From the sequence record SRR31156797_4759: a stretch of DNA of 32,789 bases, one strand, 5' to 3'. A model generated the notes under the pieces. The model was given only the letters and a program-made list of their open reading frames with translations. It did not search any database and was not told the origin of the DNA. The position numbers were made by a program, and so were the translations under genes. Positions within the stretch are counted from its first letter, which is position 1. Every line of letters starts with the position of its first letter. This document shows, in pieces, positions 1-8,793 of this stretch.

Positions 1-1
1 G

Positions 2-91
2 TCTAAGAACCAAATGTTGATGCAATCAGGTGCGTCAATGCTAAGTGCAACTAAGTCAATTCCACAGTTAGCAATGTCAATGCTAGGCTAA
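2..91 (+). CDS. lafA: Flagellin (lateral/LafA-like), 3' end only; truncated by window edge
   Basis: Not in the ORF track. Frame from base 2 reads SKNQMLMQSGASMLSATKSIPQLAMSMLG*, a typical flagellin C-terminal D0 helix. It lies upstream of the fliD/fliS block and is followed by a terminator. Confidence 0.88.
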   Translation, partial: SKNQMLMQSGASMLSATKSIPQLAMSMLG

Positions 92-113
92 TTGATAATT
101 AGTTTTTAATTTT

Positions 114-142
114 AAAAGCCAGCGTTTATCGCTGGTTTTTTT
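114..142 (+). terminator. Rho-independent terminator after flagellin
   Basis: aaaaGCCAGCG-tttat-CGCTGGT followed by a T run. Confidence 0.85.
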
Positions 143-219
143 GTATTTTCTTTTATTTTAGGAACTGTTTCCAATTTATGTAGGAATAATCTTTATTGAT
201 ATCTACTAATGATTTGATT

Positions 220-247
220 GAAATAAAACGATTTTATTTGCCGTTAT
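220..247 (+). promoter_or_regulatory. Possible sigma-28 promoter for the flagellin-like ORF
   Basis: GCCGTTAT (240-247) resembles the -10 consensus GCCGATAA. The -35 is imperfect (GAAA with 16 nt spacing). Confidence 0.4.
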
Positions 248-296
248 AAATTAATGAAGATGCCCTGAACTTAACTGAATATAAAAGGACACCATC

Positions 297-1019
297 ATGG
301 TTATTTCTGCACCAGTGAATAATTCAACTTATGTGACTAGTACTCATGCTGAGGTAAATAAGTTTGATTCTACTACTAACTACGTTGATCAACGAGTAAA
401 TGCGGTTGTTGAAGATGACAATCCACAATCAAGTTTGAAGATTGCGAAACGACTCTCAGAGCGTTCAGAACAACCCGTTTGGCAGCAGAAAAATCAAGAG
501 GGTGAACTTGCTTCACTGCAAAGCGCGAAACGTGTTCTAACTAATGTGGAAAATGTTGCAAATCAGCTGAATGAAGCCATTGATGTTGAAGACAACGAGA
601 AGGTATCTCAATTACGGGCTCAGCTTAAAGAATTAACAGCGCAGGTTAACAGTTCGCAATCAGATGAATCTAAGAACAAAGGCGACTCTGAAGGGGATGA
701 AGTCAAAGTTAAGTTCAACAGTAGTGAAATGTCGTCGATTGCAGAAACGTTAGCAAAAACGGATTTGACTGACAACTCAGCTCCGGAGATCAAAGAATTG
801 CTTTTGGGAGAAGGGGGCTTGATGAGCCAAATTACCCAGGTTCGTAATGAGCTGGATGCCCGGGTCCAGGAAGCTTTTACAGCAAATACAGCAGTAGATA
901 CAAGTGCCGCAATTGAAGCCAGTCAGGCTTCGAAAGAGAGCATGTTAGACGCGAGTGGCGCAAAACAACTGAACGGCACTAACACGTCTGCAGATATTAC
1001 TGTGAGTATCCTAGGCTGA
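297..1019 (+). CDS. Short, degenerate flagellin-like protein (240 aa)
   Basis: RVN..DD..LKIAKRL...KN...LQSA...L.NV.N aligns with the flagellin N-terminal helices. The last 29 aa align without gaps (12 identical) to the upstream flagellin tail. RBS aagga at 7 nt from ATG. Confidence 0.75.
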   Translation: MVISAPVNNSTYVTSTHAEVNKFDSTTNYVDQRVNAVVEDDNPQSSLKIAKRLSERSEQPVWQQKNQEGELASLQSAKRVLTNVENVANQLNEAIDVEDNEKVSQLRAQLKELTAQVNSSQSDESKNKGDSEGDEVKVKFNSSEMSSIAETLAKTDLTDNSAPEIKELLLGEGGLMSQITQVRNELDARVQEAFTANTAVDTSAAIEASQASKESMLDASGAKQLNGTNTSADITVSILG

Positions 1020-1071
1020 TTCCTACATAGGAATCAGCAGGGGTAGATGTAACGGTTTTAGTTAACCCCCT
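1015..1071 (+). other. Intergenic hairpins (11-bp perfect inverted repeat plus AGGGGG/CCCCCT stem) without U tail
   Basis: GCTGATTCCTA-ca-TAGGAATCAGC at 1015-1038; AGGGGG 1039-1044 pairs with CCCCCT 1066-1071. Confidence 0.6.
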
Positions 1072-1125
1072 ATCATATTTATAGGCAGGAATGTCGAATC
1101 GGAACTGCCGCTTTTGGAGAGAATC

Positions 1126-2460
1126 ATGCAGATTGACGCAGCATCATATGCAGAACAATTAGCGTATTACGAAATTTACTCAGCAGAGAATCGTTTAACT
1201 AATAAACTCAGCACCTTACAAAGCCAGAAAAGTATGGTGAGTAAAATTGATAACGCATTAGATGCGTTAGATAACCTGTTATACAAGTTTACTAAGCCTA
1301 CTGGGTCGTTTTCGCAAAGTGCGGTTTCTCTCTCCTCTGAAGATTACTTTAGTGTCGATGCCGCTGGCTATGCCAAAAATATCAACATGGATATTTTTGT
1401 TGAAGAAACAGCAGCGGCCCATCAGGTTGCTGTTAAGGGCATAGGCTCTGAAGCGACAGATACATTCGCAACTGTGGGTTCGGGTAATACGATTGAAATC
1501 GAGTTTGATGGCACGACTTATACCATTGATGTCGATAAAGCGGATTCGAATGGTGATAACGACGTTTCTTATCAAGAGATTGCTAACTATTTCAACTCCG
1601 AGATGGATGGGATGGTGAATGCCTCTTTAGTCCGCTCTGGTGGTGAAATGCAGTTGCTGTTCAGTTCGGAAGAAACGGGTGAGGGTAACGCATTTGAAAT
1701 TACTGCGAATACAACTGGAACAGATACATCGGTAGTCGATGCTTTTACTGCGCAAAATACAGTAAAGGAAGGACGCGATGCCATTATTTGGTTAGGTGAC
1801 TATGGTACTGGCGTTGAGTTAAACAACAGCAGTAACACATTTGAAAACATTGTTGCGGGCGTTGACATTACGGTGAGTAAAGCCAATGCAGAAGGTGATG
1901 AAACAACCAACTTTAGTATTGGCCCTGATAGTGATGCAACGATAGAAACACTGAAAGAGTTTATTACCTCGTTTAATGATGTGCTCAGTGTTCTTGACGA
2001 AGCCACCAGCTCTGGTGGTGAGAGTGAGGAGCGAGGAGTATTAGCGTCGGATGGCTCAATTCGTGGTATCGAAAACGCACTCAAATCAGTGCTTCGTTCC
2101 AATTACGACGGTGTGACTATGTTTCAACTAGGTCTTTCTTTTAACAAAGATGGCACCTTGGAACTTGATGAAGAAGCGTTCGCAGAAGCCTCAGAAACTT
2201 ATGACCTAGAAGAACTCTTTCTCGGTGAGAACGGTATGTTCAGAACGCTGGAGTCAACGGTAGAAAAGTACGCGGATTACACTTCTGGCTCTTTGGAAAC
2301 AAAGAAGCAGCGTTTGTCCGATCAGCAGTCTCAAGTAAACGATAAGTTAGAGCTACTCGATACTAAGTACGAGATGTATTACAGCCGCTATTTAGCGCAG
2401 TTTACTAACTTAAATACCATTATGAACCAGATGAGTTCAATCACGACTCTATTTGCTTAA
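1126..2460 (+). CDS. fliD: Flagellar filament cap protein (HAP2), lateral type LafB
   Basis: FliD motifs (LFSSEETGEGN, SSNTFENIVAGVDITV, GLSFNKDGTLELDEEAF, YLAQFTNL). Start placed at ATG 1126 after GGAGA rather than TTG 1114. Confidence 0.93.
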   Translation: MQIDAASYAEQLAYYEIYSAENRLTNKLSTLQSQKSMVSKIDNALDALDNLLYKFTKPTGSFSQSAVSLSSEDYFSVDAAGYAKNINMDIFVEETAAAHQVAVKGIGSEATDTFATVGSGNTIEIEFDGTTYTIDVDKADSNGDNDVSYQEIANYFNSEMDGMVNASLVRSGGEMQLLFSSEETGEGNAFEITANTTGTDTSVVDAFTAQNTVKEGRDAIIWLGDYGTGVELNNSSNTFENIVAGVDITVSKANAEGDETTNFSIGPDSDATIETLKEFITSFNDVLSVLDEATSSGGESEERGVLASDGSIRGIENALKSVLRSNYDGVTMFQLGLSFNKDGTLELDEEAFAEASETYDLEELFLGENGMFRTLESTVEKYADYTSGSLETKKQRLSDQQSQVNDKLELLDTKYEMYYSRYLAQFTNLNTIMNQMSSITTLFA

Positions 2461-2469
2461 AGGTAAACC

Positions 2470-2862
2470 ATGTTATTAGGCAACCAACAACAAGCCGCTT
2501 ATGGCAATGTACAGGTTCAGGCGAATGCCTCTGTTTCAAACAGCTTTGAGCTTGTGTGCATGTTACATAAGCGACTGGACCAAGAACTCGATGTGATGAT
2601 TTATAGCATCGAGAATAAAGATTTTGAAAAGAAATCAGCGGCGGCTCAGAAGGCCATCGATATTCTTATCGGTTTGGATTCCGCTTTGGACTTAGATAAC
2701 CCGAACGAGTTGATTGAAAACATTCATACGCTTTACGAGCACAGTATTGCGACGGTTTTCCAAGCATCGAAGGATCTCAATCCTCAACTGCTTGTCGATT
2801 TAAAGAAGCCTCTTACTGATCTTAGCGAAGGTTGGGAAGGCGCGATGAAGCTTTTGAGTTAA
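2470..2862 (+). CDS. fliS: Flagellin export chaperone FliS (LafC)
   Basis: AY..VQ.QA..S...ELV.ML, KAIDIL.GL.SALD, LSEGWEG; follows fliD. Confidence 0.9.
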   Translation: MLLGNQQQAAYGNVQVQANASVSNSFELVCMLHKRLDQELDVMIYSIENKDFEKKSAAAQKAIDILIGLDSALDLDNPNELIENIHTLYEHSIATVFQASKDLNPQLLVDLKKPLTDLSEGWEGAMKLLS

Positions 2863-2867
2863 AAACG

Positions 2868-3155
2868 ATGAATCAAACCGAGTTGAGGAAAGTGCTGTCT
2901 TTTTACCAACGAGCTCTTGAAGAGCAAAACGTAGAAGCTATTCAAAAAAGCGTAAATCTGTTGGAAAAACATTTACCTCAGGTCGATCAATCTGCCGAGG
3001 AAAATGTTGAGGTATTAGCAAAGCTCAAACAAGTACACCTAAGAGCAGTTGAGTTCATTAAGCAGCAAAGGGATGCAGCAAAAGCAGAAATGGAAAGCAT
3101 TGGTAACAATAGGGCAAGAGATTTTGCCTACCAAAAAACGCAATTAAGTAGATAA
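2868..3155 (+). CDS. lafD: LafD / FliT-like flagellar chaperone
   Basis: Small helical protein with C-terminal ..AYQ between fliS and fliK; likely start ATG 2868. Confidence 0.7.
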   Translation: MNQTELRKVLSFYQRALEEQNVEAIQKSVNLLEKHLPQVDQSAEENVEVLAKLKQVHLRAVEFIKQQRDAAKAEMESIGNNRARDFAYQKTQLSR

Positions 3156-3157
3156 AT

Positions 3158-4144
3158 ATGATTAATGGTTTTAGCCATACAACTACTAGTGCATCGACTT
3201 TAAACGACGGTTCTGCAACGGCAGTACAGTCTGGTTTTAATAGCGGTTTATTAGGCAACAAAGAGCCATCAGAGCATTCTGCAGTAAGTTTTTCGGGATT
3301 ACTGAATTCTGATACTGAAGCTTTGCTAAGTTCGACCTCGATAGAATCTTTGGCCGTGGACGGTGAGACCGCGGCACTCGAACAACAAGAAGCAGCGCTA
3401 ACGGTGGATAACTCTCATCACCTCTTAGCTTCTACATCAAACGTATCTCATCAGTTAAACAAAGATGCAGTGACAGCTGGTACATCAGCAGTTTCAACCC
3501 TGTCGGACAGTATTGTCACTGCGGTTTCTAATGTGATGAGCACAAGTGCAACGTTGGCAACCGCTCAAGTCGCCACTACCCAGCTGGCAGTGAACAGTGT
3601 TTTGGATGGCAAGCTAATTGAGGCCACAGCGGTAAAAGAAACGGCTACTTCGGTAGATGCTTTAGTTAGCAGTAATACTCAGGTAAACCGCGGTGACGCG
3701 GGTTCGAATTTGCAGTTCAAAGCGGTGATGGATAAAACGTTATCAGCCCAAGAACTTGGTGAGCGACTCAGTTCGACTATAGCAGATAAAGTGTCGGTTC
3801 AAATCAACGCAAAAACGCCAACGGCAACCATACGATTAGACCCGCCAGATTTGGGCAAAATTGACTTAGTGGTCAAGCTGGATAACGACAAGCTCAATAT
3901 TCAGATTAATGCTTCATCAGGCGCGACGCGTGAATCTATTCAGATGACTTCTGATCGTCTGAGAGCAGAGTTGGTGGAACAAAACTTTTTACATGTCGAT
4001 GTTTCTATTTCTGGGGAGCATCAGCAAAGCTCTGACCATCATGAAATGATGGCTGAAGGAGATTTCATGGTTGCTGGTAATTCGGTAGCAACGGACTCTG
4101 ATGCAGAAGAATTTGTCGACAACAGTGAGTTAGCAAGAGCGTAA
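3158..4144 (+). CDS. fliK: Flagellar hook-length control protein FliK (LafE)
   Basis: S/T/A-rich N-terminus plus T3S4 domain ATIRLDPPDLGKIDL...DRLRAEL. Confidence 0.9.
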   Translation: MINGFSHTTTSASTLNDGSATAVQSGFNSGLLGNKEPSEHSAVSFSGLLNSDTEALLSSTSIESLAVDGETAALEQQEAALTVDNSHHLLASTSNVSHQLNKDAVTAGTSAVSTLSDSIVTAVSNVMSTSATLATAQVATTQLAVNSVLDGKLIEATAVKETATSVDALVSSNTQVNRGDAGSNLQFKAVMDKTLSAQELGERLSSTIADKVSVQINAKTPTATIRLDPPDLGKIDLVVKLDNDKLNIQINASSGATRESIQMTSDRLRAELVEQNFLHVDVSISGEHQQSSDHHEMMAEGDFMVAGNSVATDSDAEEFVDNSELARA

Positions 4145-4148
4145 TATT

Positions 4149-4616
4149 ATGAAAATTGTAATTGCAGTATTAGCATCCGTACTATTAACCGTTGGCGCCA
4201 TTATTGGTTTAAGTGTTGCTGGTATTAATATTGGAAACGTCTTTGGTGGTTCTGATTCATCCTCTCAATCGAATGTTCAAGTGCTCCAAGATGCGCCACA
4301 AAATAACAATTTGGTGTCTCCAACTGTAGAAGTCCCTCTTCATGGAATGCTAATTCCTATTAATTATACAAAGCGTCAAAGTTTATTGTTGCTCGATCTT
4401 TATTTATATACCCCTGAAGGAAATGAGGACGAGCTAAAAGCTCATATTCCTAAGATCAAAAACCAGATTTTGAAAGTGTTTAGCTTGAAACCAGCGGAGT
4501 ATTATCGTGACGATATGTTCATTCTAAATTTGCAGGATGATCTGGACTATTTATTTAAAAAGGAAAAGAAGTGGCGCGTTAAGGAAGTGTTAGTCACTAA
4601 AGCGGTATATCAGTAA
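4149..4616 (+). CDS. fliL: Flagellar basal body-associated protein FliL (LafF)
   Basis: N-terminal TM helix, HIPKIKNQIL.VFS, C-terminal VKEVLVTKAVYQ; position between fliK and fliA. Confidence 0.82.
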   Translation: MKIVIAVLASVLLTVGAIIGLSVAGINIGNVFGGSDSSSQSNVQVLQDAPQNNNLVSPTVEVPLHGMLIPINYTKRQSLLLLDLYLYTPEGNEDELKAHIPKIKNQILKVFSLKPAEYYRDDMFILNLQDDLDYLFKKEKKWRVKEVLVTKAVYQ

Positions 4617-5312
4617 ATGTTATTAGCGAATCAAGCCTATCAGAAAACAGATATGCAATCAGCAGCCGAGCGTAATGCGATAGAAGCGGCTGCTATTCAG
4701 TCTAATTTACCGTTAATCAATCGTGCCCTTAAACGATACAGAGGTGCTGTGGATCAAGATACGATGGAAGACCTCCATCAAACAGCATTAATGACATTTG
4801 TGACTGAGCTGAGAAAGTTTGACCATATCGTAAACGAAGACTTCATTAAATCTGCCACTGTTCGACTGAGAGGGGCTGTGATTGATGAGCTTCGTTCGCG
4901 AGATTACTTAAGCCGTGAAAACAGAACGCTAGCCAATAATATTAAGAAAGCAGAATCAATCTTAATGGGTAAGCTTGGTCGAACTCCAAGACAATCCGAA
5001 GTGTGTAGTGCACTGAAAATCACCGCACAGGAATATTTGGATGCAATGTCTGATCTTGTATTAAGTGATGATATTGAACTTTATGACAGCGTAGAGCATA
5101 CCGAAGAAGATAATAAAGAAGAATTAGCACTTTTTCTTCAACAAGAATTAGAAAAGCTGCCTGAAGAAATGCAGAAAGTTATGTATTTAATGTACGTAAT
5201 GGGATTGAGTACTCAGGAAACAGCACTCGCATTAGAAATAAGTGAAGTGAAAGTTCACAGACTAAAACATAAAGGTGTCGAGGTCATTAAATCTCGAGCG
5301 GAGAGAATTTAG
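4617..5312 (+). CDS. fliA: Flagellar sigma-28 factor (LafS), divergent
   Basis: RLRGAVIDELRSRDYLSR (region 2.4/3), LGRTP, C-terminal region 4 HTH; lafS position. Confidence 0.88.
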   Translation: MLLANQAYQKTDMQSAAERNAIEAAAIQSNLPLINRALKRYRGAVDQDTMEDLHQTALMTFVTELRKFDHIVNEDFIKSATVRLRGAVIDELRSRDYLSRENRTLANNIKKAESILMGKLGRTPRQSEVCSALKITAQEYLDAMSDLVLSDDIELYDSVEHTEEDNKEELALFLQQELEKLPEEMQKVMYLMYVMGLSTQETALALEISEVKVHRLKHKGVEVIKSRAERI

Positions 5313-5313
5313 A

Positions 5314-6168
5314 ATGAAGCAAATATTAGCATTTATTGGGATATTAGCGGTTATTGGGGTGTCGTTTGTTCTTCATGGGGGAAGATTGGGCGCACTGGTT
5401 AAAATATCCGAGATTGTTATTATTTTTGGTGCCTCGCTAGGCGGTTTGGTTATTTCTTGTACCATGCCTACGTTGAAACTCATGCTATCGCAAATAAAGC
5501 AATCTATCGGAAAAAGTATCTACACCAAAGAGTACTACAACGAACTACTTTCCTTAATGTTTGAACTGATCAACGTGGTAAAAATGCAGAATCTGAAAGC
5601 ATTGGATACTCACGTTGAAAATCCAGAAGCGAGTAGCATCTTTACTAAATATCCTAAGATCATGGCTGACAGCATCACACTTAATTTTATTGTCGACTCT
5701 TTCCGTCAGGTGATCAGTTCTAAGATTTCAGCACACGAACTCGAGGCGGCACTGGAAGAAGAAATTGAAGTGTTGATGGAAGAGTACGAAAAGCCATCAA
5801 CCAAGTTACATGCGACAGCTGAAGCTATGCCTGGTATCGGTATTTTGGCTGCGGTTATGGGCATCATTTTGACCATGCAAAACCTGGACGCTGATGTGAC
5901 GGTTATCGGCCAAAGTATTGCTGGAGCACTGGTGGGTACCTTTACCGGTATTTTTGGTTGTTACTGTATGTTTGGTCCGTTGTCGGCATCAATGCATGAT
6001 ATTGCGGAAGAGCAAGTTGCTCCACTGCACTGCATTCGCTCAATCATCACAGGTTACTTGCAAAACTTGTCTCCGCACATGTGTGTTAATGCAGGCCGTA
6101 AGCATATTGAAAGTCATGTTAAGCCGAGCTTTACCGACTTAGAGCAATCGTTAGAAAGCTTAAGGTAG
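5314..6168 (+). CDS. motA: Flagellar stator protein MotA (LafT)
   Basis: HVENPEASSIFTKYP, AMPGIGILAAVMG, GALVGTFTG, GRK...KPSF; start ATG 5314. Confidence 0.93.
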   Translation: MKQILAFIGILAVIGVSFVLHGGRLGALVKISEIVIIFGASLGGLVISCTMPTLKLMLSQIKQSIGKSIYTKEYYNELLSLMFELINVVKMQNLKALDTHVENPEASSIFTKYPKIMADSITLNFIVDSFRQVISSKISAHELEAALEEEIEVLMEEYEKPSTKLHATAEAMPGIGILAAVMGIILTMQNLDADVTVIGQSIAGALVGTFTGIFGCYCMFGPLSASMHDIAEEQVAPLHCIRSIITGYLQNLSPHMCVNAGRKHIESHVKPSFTDLEQSLESLR

Positions 6169-6173
6169 AAATT

Positions 6174-7097
6174 ATGAGTACTGCTGGCGTAACAATTATA
6201 AAGAAAAAGAAGAACAAAGGTACTGAACTGACTCACGGTGGTTGGAAAGTGGCAATGGCCGACTTGATGATCTCATTGATGTGTCTTTTTCTTATTTTAT
6301 GGCTACTTTCGATGATGGATTCTGAAGATAGCAAAGATTTAGTTGAATACTTTCAAACCGGTCAATTACAAGCTGACGGGTTAGGAAATTCCATCAGTCC
6401 ATTAACGCTTCAGGAAGTGGCAACCAGTCACTATGACGCGGATTTGCACCGTATAAATGATACATCTCTCATCGAAGGTGAAGTGGATAGCCAGCAAGAA
6501 CTGGAAGTATTTAGCCGTTTGATACAGCAGGAACTTGAAGAGATTCAAGGCATGGGCAGTGTTCAGGTGACGATTACGCCTCAAGGTTTGAAGCTTATGA
6601 TCAGTGACTCAGAGCAAGGACAAATGTTCTACCGTGGTGGTGCTAACATGACGCCTTTCTATCAAGATTTGTTGCTTCATCTAGCGCCTATATTTAAACG
6701 TGTGACCAATGCCATGGTCATTACCGGTCATACCGATGCGAGCCGCTTTGTGGGTTCTAAAACAACTAACTGGGAGTTGTCGGCTAATCGCGCAAATGTG
6801 GCCAGATATTTCTTAGCCCAAGGCGGTGTCCCAAGTGATCAGTTCTTCCAGATTTCCGGGATGGCGGATACCGCTCCGCTAGTACCTGAAGATCCAAAGA
6901 GTTCGACAAACCGACGAATTGAAATTTTTGTGTTAACCAGTTCTGCACAAAAGCAGCTCAGTGAAGTGTATAAAACACTGCCTAACGTTGAATCAACGGG
7001 TAAAGAAGCAGATAAACAAGTAATGGATACTATTGGACGTCAGGAAAGAGAAGCCGCGCAGGCTGCTCGAGACAATCAGTTACCGACTTCCTATTAG
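6174..7097 (+). CDS. motB: Flagellar stator protein MotB (LafU)
   Basis: HGGWKVAMAD TM motif; OmpA-like domain ITGHTD, NWELSANRA, NRRIEI. Confidence 0.93.
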   Translation: MSTAGVTIIKKKKNKGTELTHGGWKVAMADLMISLMCLFLILWLLSMMDSEDSKDLVEYFQTGQLQADGLGNSISPLTLQEVATSHYDADLHRINDTSLIEGEVDSQQELEVFSRLIQQELEEIQGMGSVQVTITPQGLKLMISDSEQGQMFYRGGANMTPFYQDLLLHLAPIFKRVTNAMVITGHTDASRFVGSKTTNWELSANRANVARYFLAQGGVPSDQFFQISGMADTAPLVPEDPKSSTNRRIEIFVLTSSAQKQLSEVYKTLPNVESTGKEADKQVMDTIGRQEREAAQAARDNQLPTSY

Positions 7098-7106
7098 GAA
7101 AACATC

Positions 7107-7403
7107 TTGTTAAGAAAACTTTGTAAGGTCAGCACCGCAAACCAGCGTCAATTAAGGCGAAGGTTAGCATGGCTGACCTTAATTAATTACTTGATGATTA
7201 TTATTTATGCTGTTGCTACCCATGTTGAGTCAAGCTTGGTGGTGATGATCAGTATTTGCGTTTTTGTGTACAACTACTTGCTAGTAAGACTCGTAACCAG
7301 TATCCCGAAACATATTTTTATGACGAGAAGTCATCGTTATTTAACGGTTCCGCTAATCGGTAGTGTTTGCATTGTTTGCATCCTTGTCGTAGCAAGCTTT
7401 TAA
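7107..7403 (+). CDS. Hypothetical small membrane protein (about 3 TM helices)
   Basis: TTG start 8 nt after AGGA; basic N-terminus and three hydrophobic stretches; fills the gap between motB and maf. Confidence 0.6.
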   Translation: MLRKLCKVSTANQRQLRRRLAWLTLINYLMIIIYAVATHVESSLVVMISICVFVYNYLLVRLVTSIPKHIFMTRSHRYLTVPLIGSVCIVCILVVASF

Positions 7404-7467
7404 CTTATTTTATGCCTTATTCTTTGCTGCTTCGCATTAAACGACTTATATTTTTAGAAGAGATTTT

Positions 7468-8793
7468 ATGACTACTGAATTTTATAAAAACAACCTGGCG
7501 ATAATATCAATGCGATGGCCAGAATTGGCACAAGCTATTGAACAGCACGATATTTCAACACTTCCTTTTGAAGTCGTTGAGAATCAATCTATATCATTGT
7601 CAGTTGATGGTATTCAGTTGAGCAGCACTTATGACCCAATTGAAGAAGCTTTGGCTTATCGGAAAACTACATCTGGTGATGTTTACCATATATGGGGCTT
7701 TGGTATTGGTAATGTTCCAGAAGTCATTCTGCATGATCAAGCAGTTAAAGAAATCTCCATTTATATCTATAACCTAGATGTGTTAAAGCTAGTTTTAACT
7801 TTAATGCCTAAACCATGGCTGGCTGACAAAAAAATCAAACTTATTTATATGCATCAGAATATGGATAAGTTAAGTGATTATTTAACCAGAATTTTTGTTT
7901 CTGGAACCATTATTATTAATGCCGATAAGTTTATTTCTAAGAAAAATAACCCTGAGTTACATTGGTTAGTTCATCGACTAGAACATCGATTGTTCATTAT
8001 GCATGTCAACCGAAAACAATCATTGAGAGACGATGAGTACTTAAGTATCGAGCAAGAAAATATGCCGATACTTAAGAAACTTAAGCCATTTGAAAACTAT
8101 CTCAAGAAAAACCGAATTAAAGAGGCCATTTGTATTGGCGCGGGGCCTTCTTTGGATGCTCATATAGATGAACTGAAAGAGATTTATAAGCAAAAGAATC
8201 GCCCAACTTTTATTGCACCGACAACGGCATGTAACGCGTTACTTAAACATGACATTATTCCTGATTTAATGATGATTATTGATGTCGATATCCCTGCTAA
8301 GAGTATTCCTTTTGCGAAGTTAGGTAACACACCACTAATTTTTGCTAGTCGGGTAAAAAAAGAGATTATTTCTCAGTGGCAGGGTGAGAAGTATTACGCC
8401 AACTTGGTTGAAGAAGGCTATAACCGTCTGCAGCAACAATTACCAACCGCTTATCGCTTGTTCTGCTTTGGTTCAGTTATTCATAGTATTACGCACGTCG
8501 CCTTGCTGGCGGGAGCAGATAAAGTGTCATTCATCGGTTGTGACTTTGGCTTTCCTGGCGGGGTTCAGCATGCTTCTACCGACGATTCTAATGCTGCGAT
8601 AGTGAATGATATTGATATGAGTGAGTTGGTTGAGAATGGCTATGGCGAAATGATTTTGTCGTCACCTACATATCGTATGTTCTGCTCTGGTATTGAAACC
8701 ATCATTACAGGATGTCCAAATGTTGAGTTTTACAATATGAGCCGTTTAGGCGCAAAAATTATTGGAACTAAGTATCTTGATGAGGCGAAATAG
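7468..8793 (+). CDS. maf: Motility-associated factor (Maf, DUF115/MptE-like) flagellin nonulosonate glycosyltransferase
   Basis: LSSTYDP.EEA, GFGIG, CIGAGPSL, IIPD, GSV.H, GA..V.FIGCDFGF, NMS.LGAKI.GT motifs; adjacent to flagellar and Leg genes. Confidence 0.82.
   Translation: MTTEFYKNNLAIISMRWPELAQAIEQHDISTLPFEVVENQSISLSVDGIQLSSTYDPIEEALAYRKTTSGDVYHIWGFGIGNVPEVILHDQAVKEISIYIYNLDVLKLVLTLMPKPWLADKKIKLIYMHQNMDKLSDYLTRIFVSGTIIINADKFISKKNNPELHWLVHRLEHRLFIMHVNRKQSLRDDEYLSIEQENMPILKKLKPFENYLKKNRIKEAICIGAGPSLDAHIDELKEIYKQKNRPTFIAPTTACNALLKHDIIPDLMMIIDVDIPAKSIPFAKLGNTPLIFASRVKKEIISQWQGEKYYANLVEEGYNRLQQQLPTAYRLFCFGSVIHSITHVALLAGADKVSFIGCDFGFPGGVQHASTDDSNAAIVNDIDMSELVENGYGEMILSSPTYRMFCSGIETIITGCPNVEFYNMSRLGAKIIGTKYLDEAK

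Noticed and set aside
1075-1125. Sigma-54 or sigma-E promoter in front of fliD (TAGGCAGG..., GGAACTG)
   Set aside because: No GC at the -12 position with correct spacing and no matching -10 element.
1279-2102. Antisense ORFs inside fliD (and similar shadow ORFs in legB, neuC, metE, DAACS, trpE, yciO)
   Set aside because: They overlap well-supported genes entirely and have no recognisable motifs; expected shadow frames.
3158-3720. Low-complexity S/T/A/V-rich stretch as a tandem repeat
   Set aside because: Normal disordered ruler region of FliK; no nucleotide periodicity seen.
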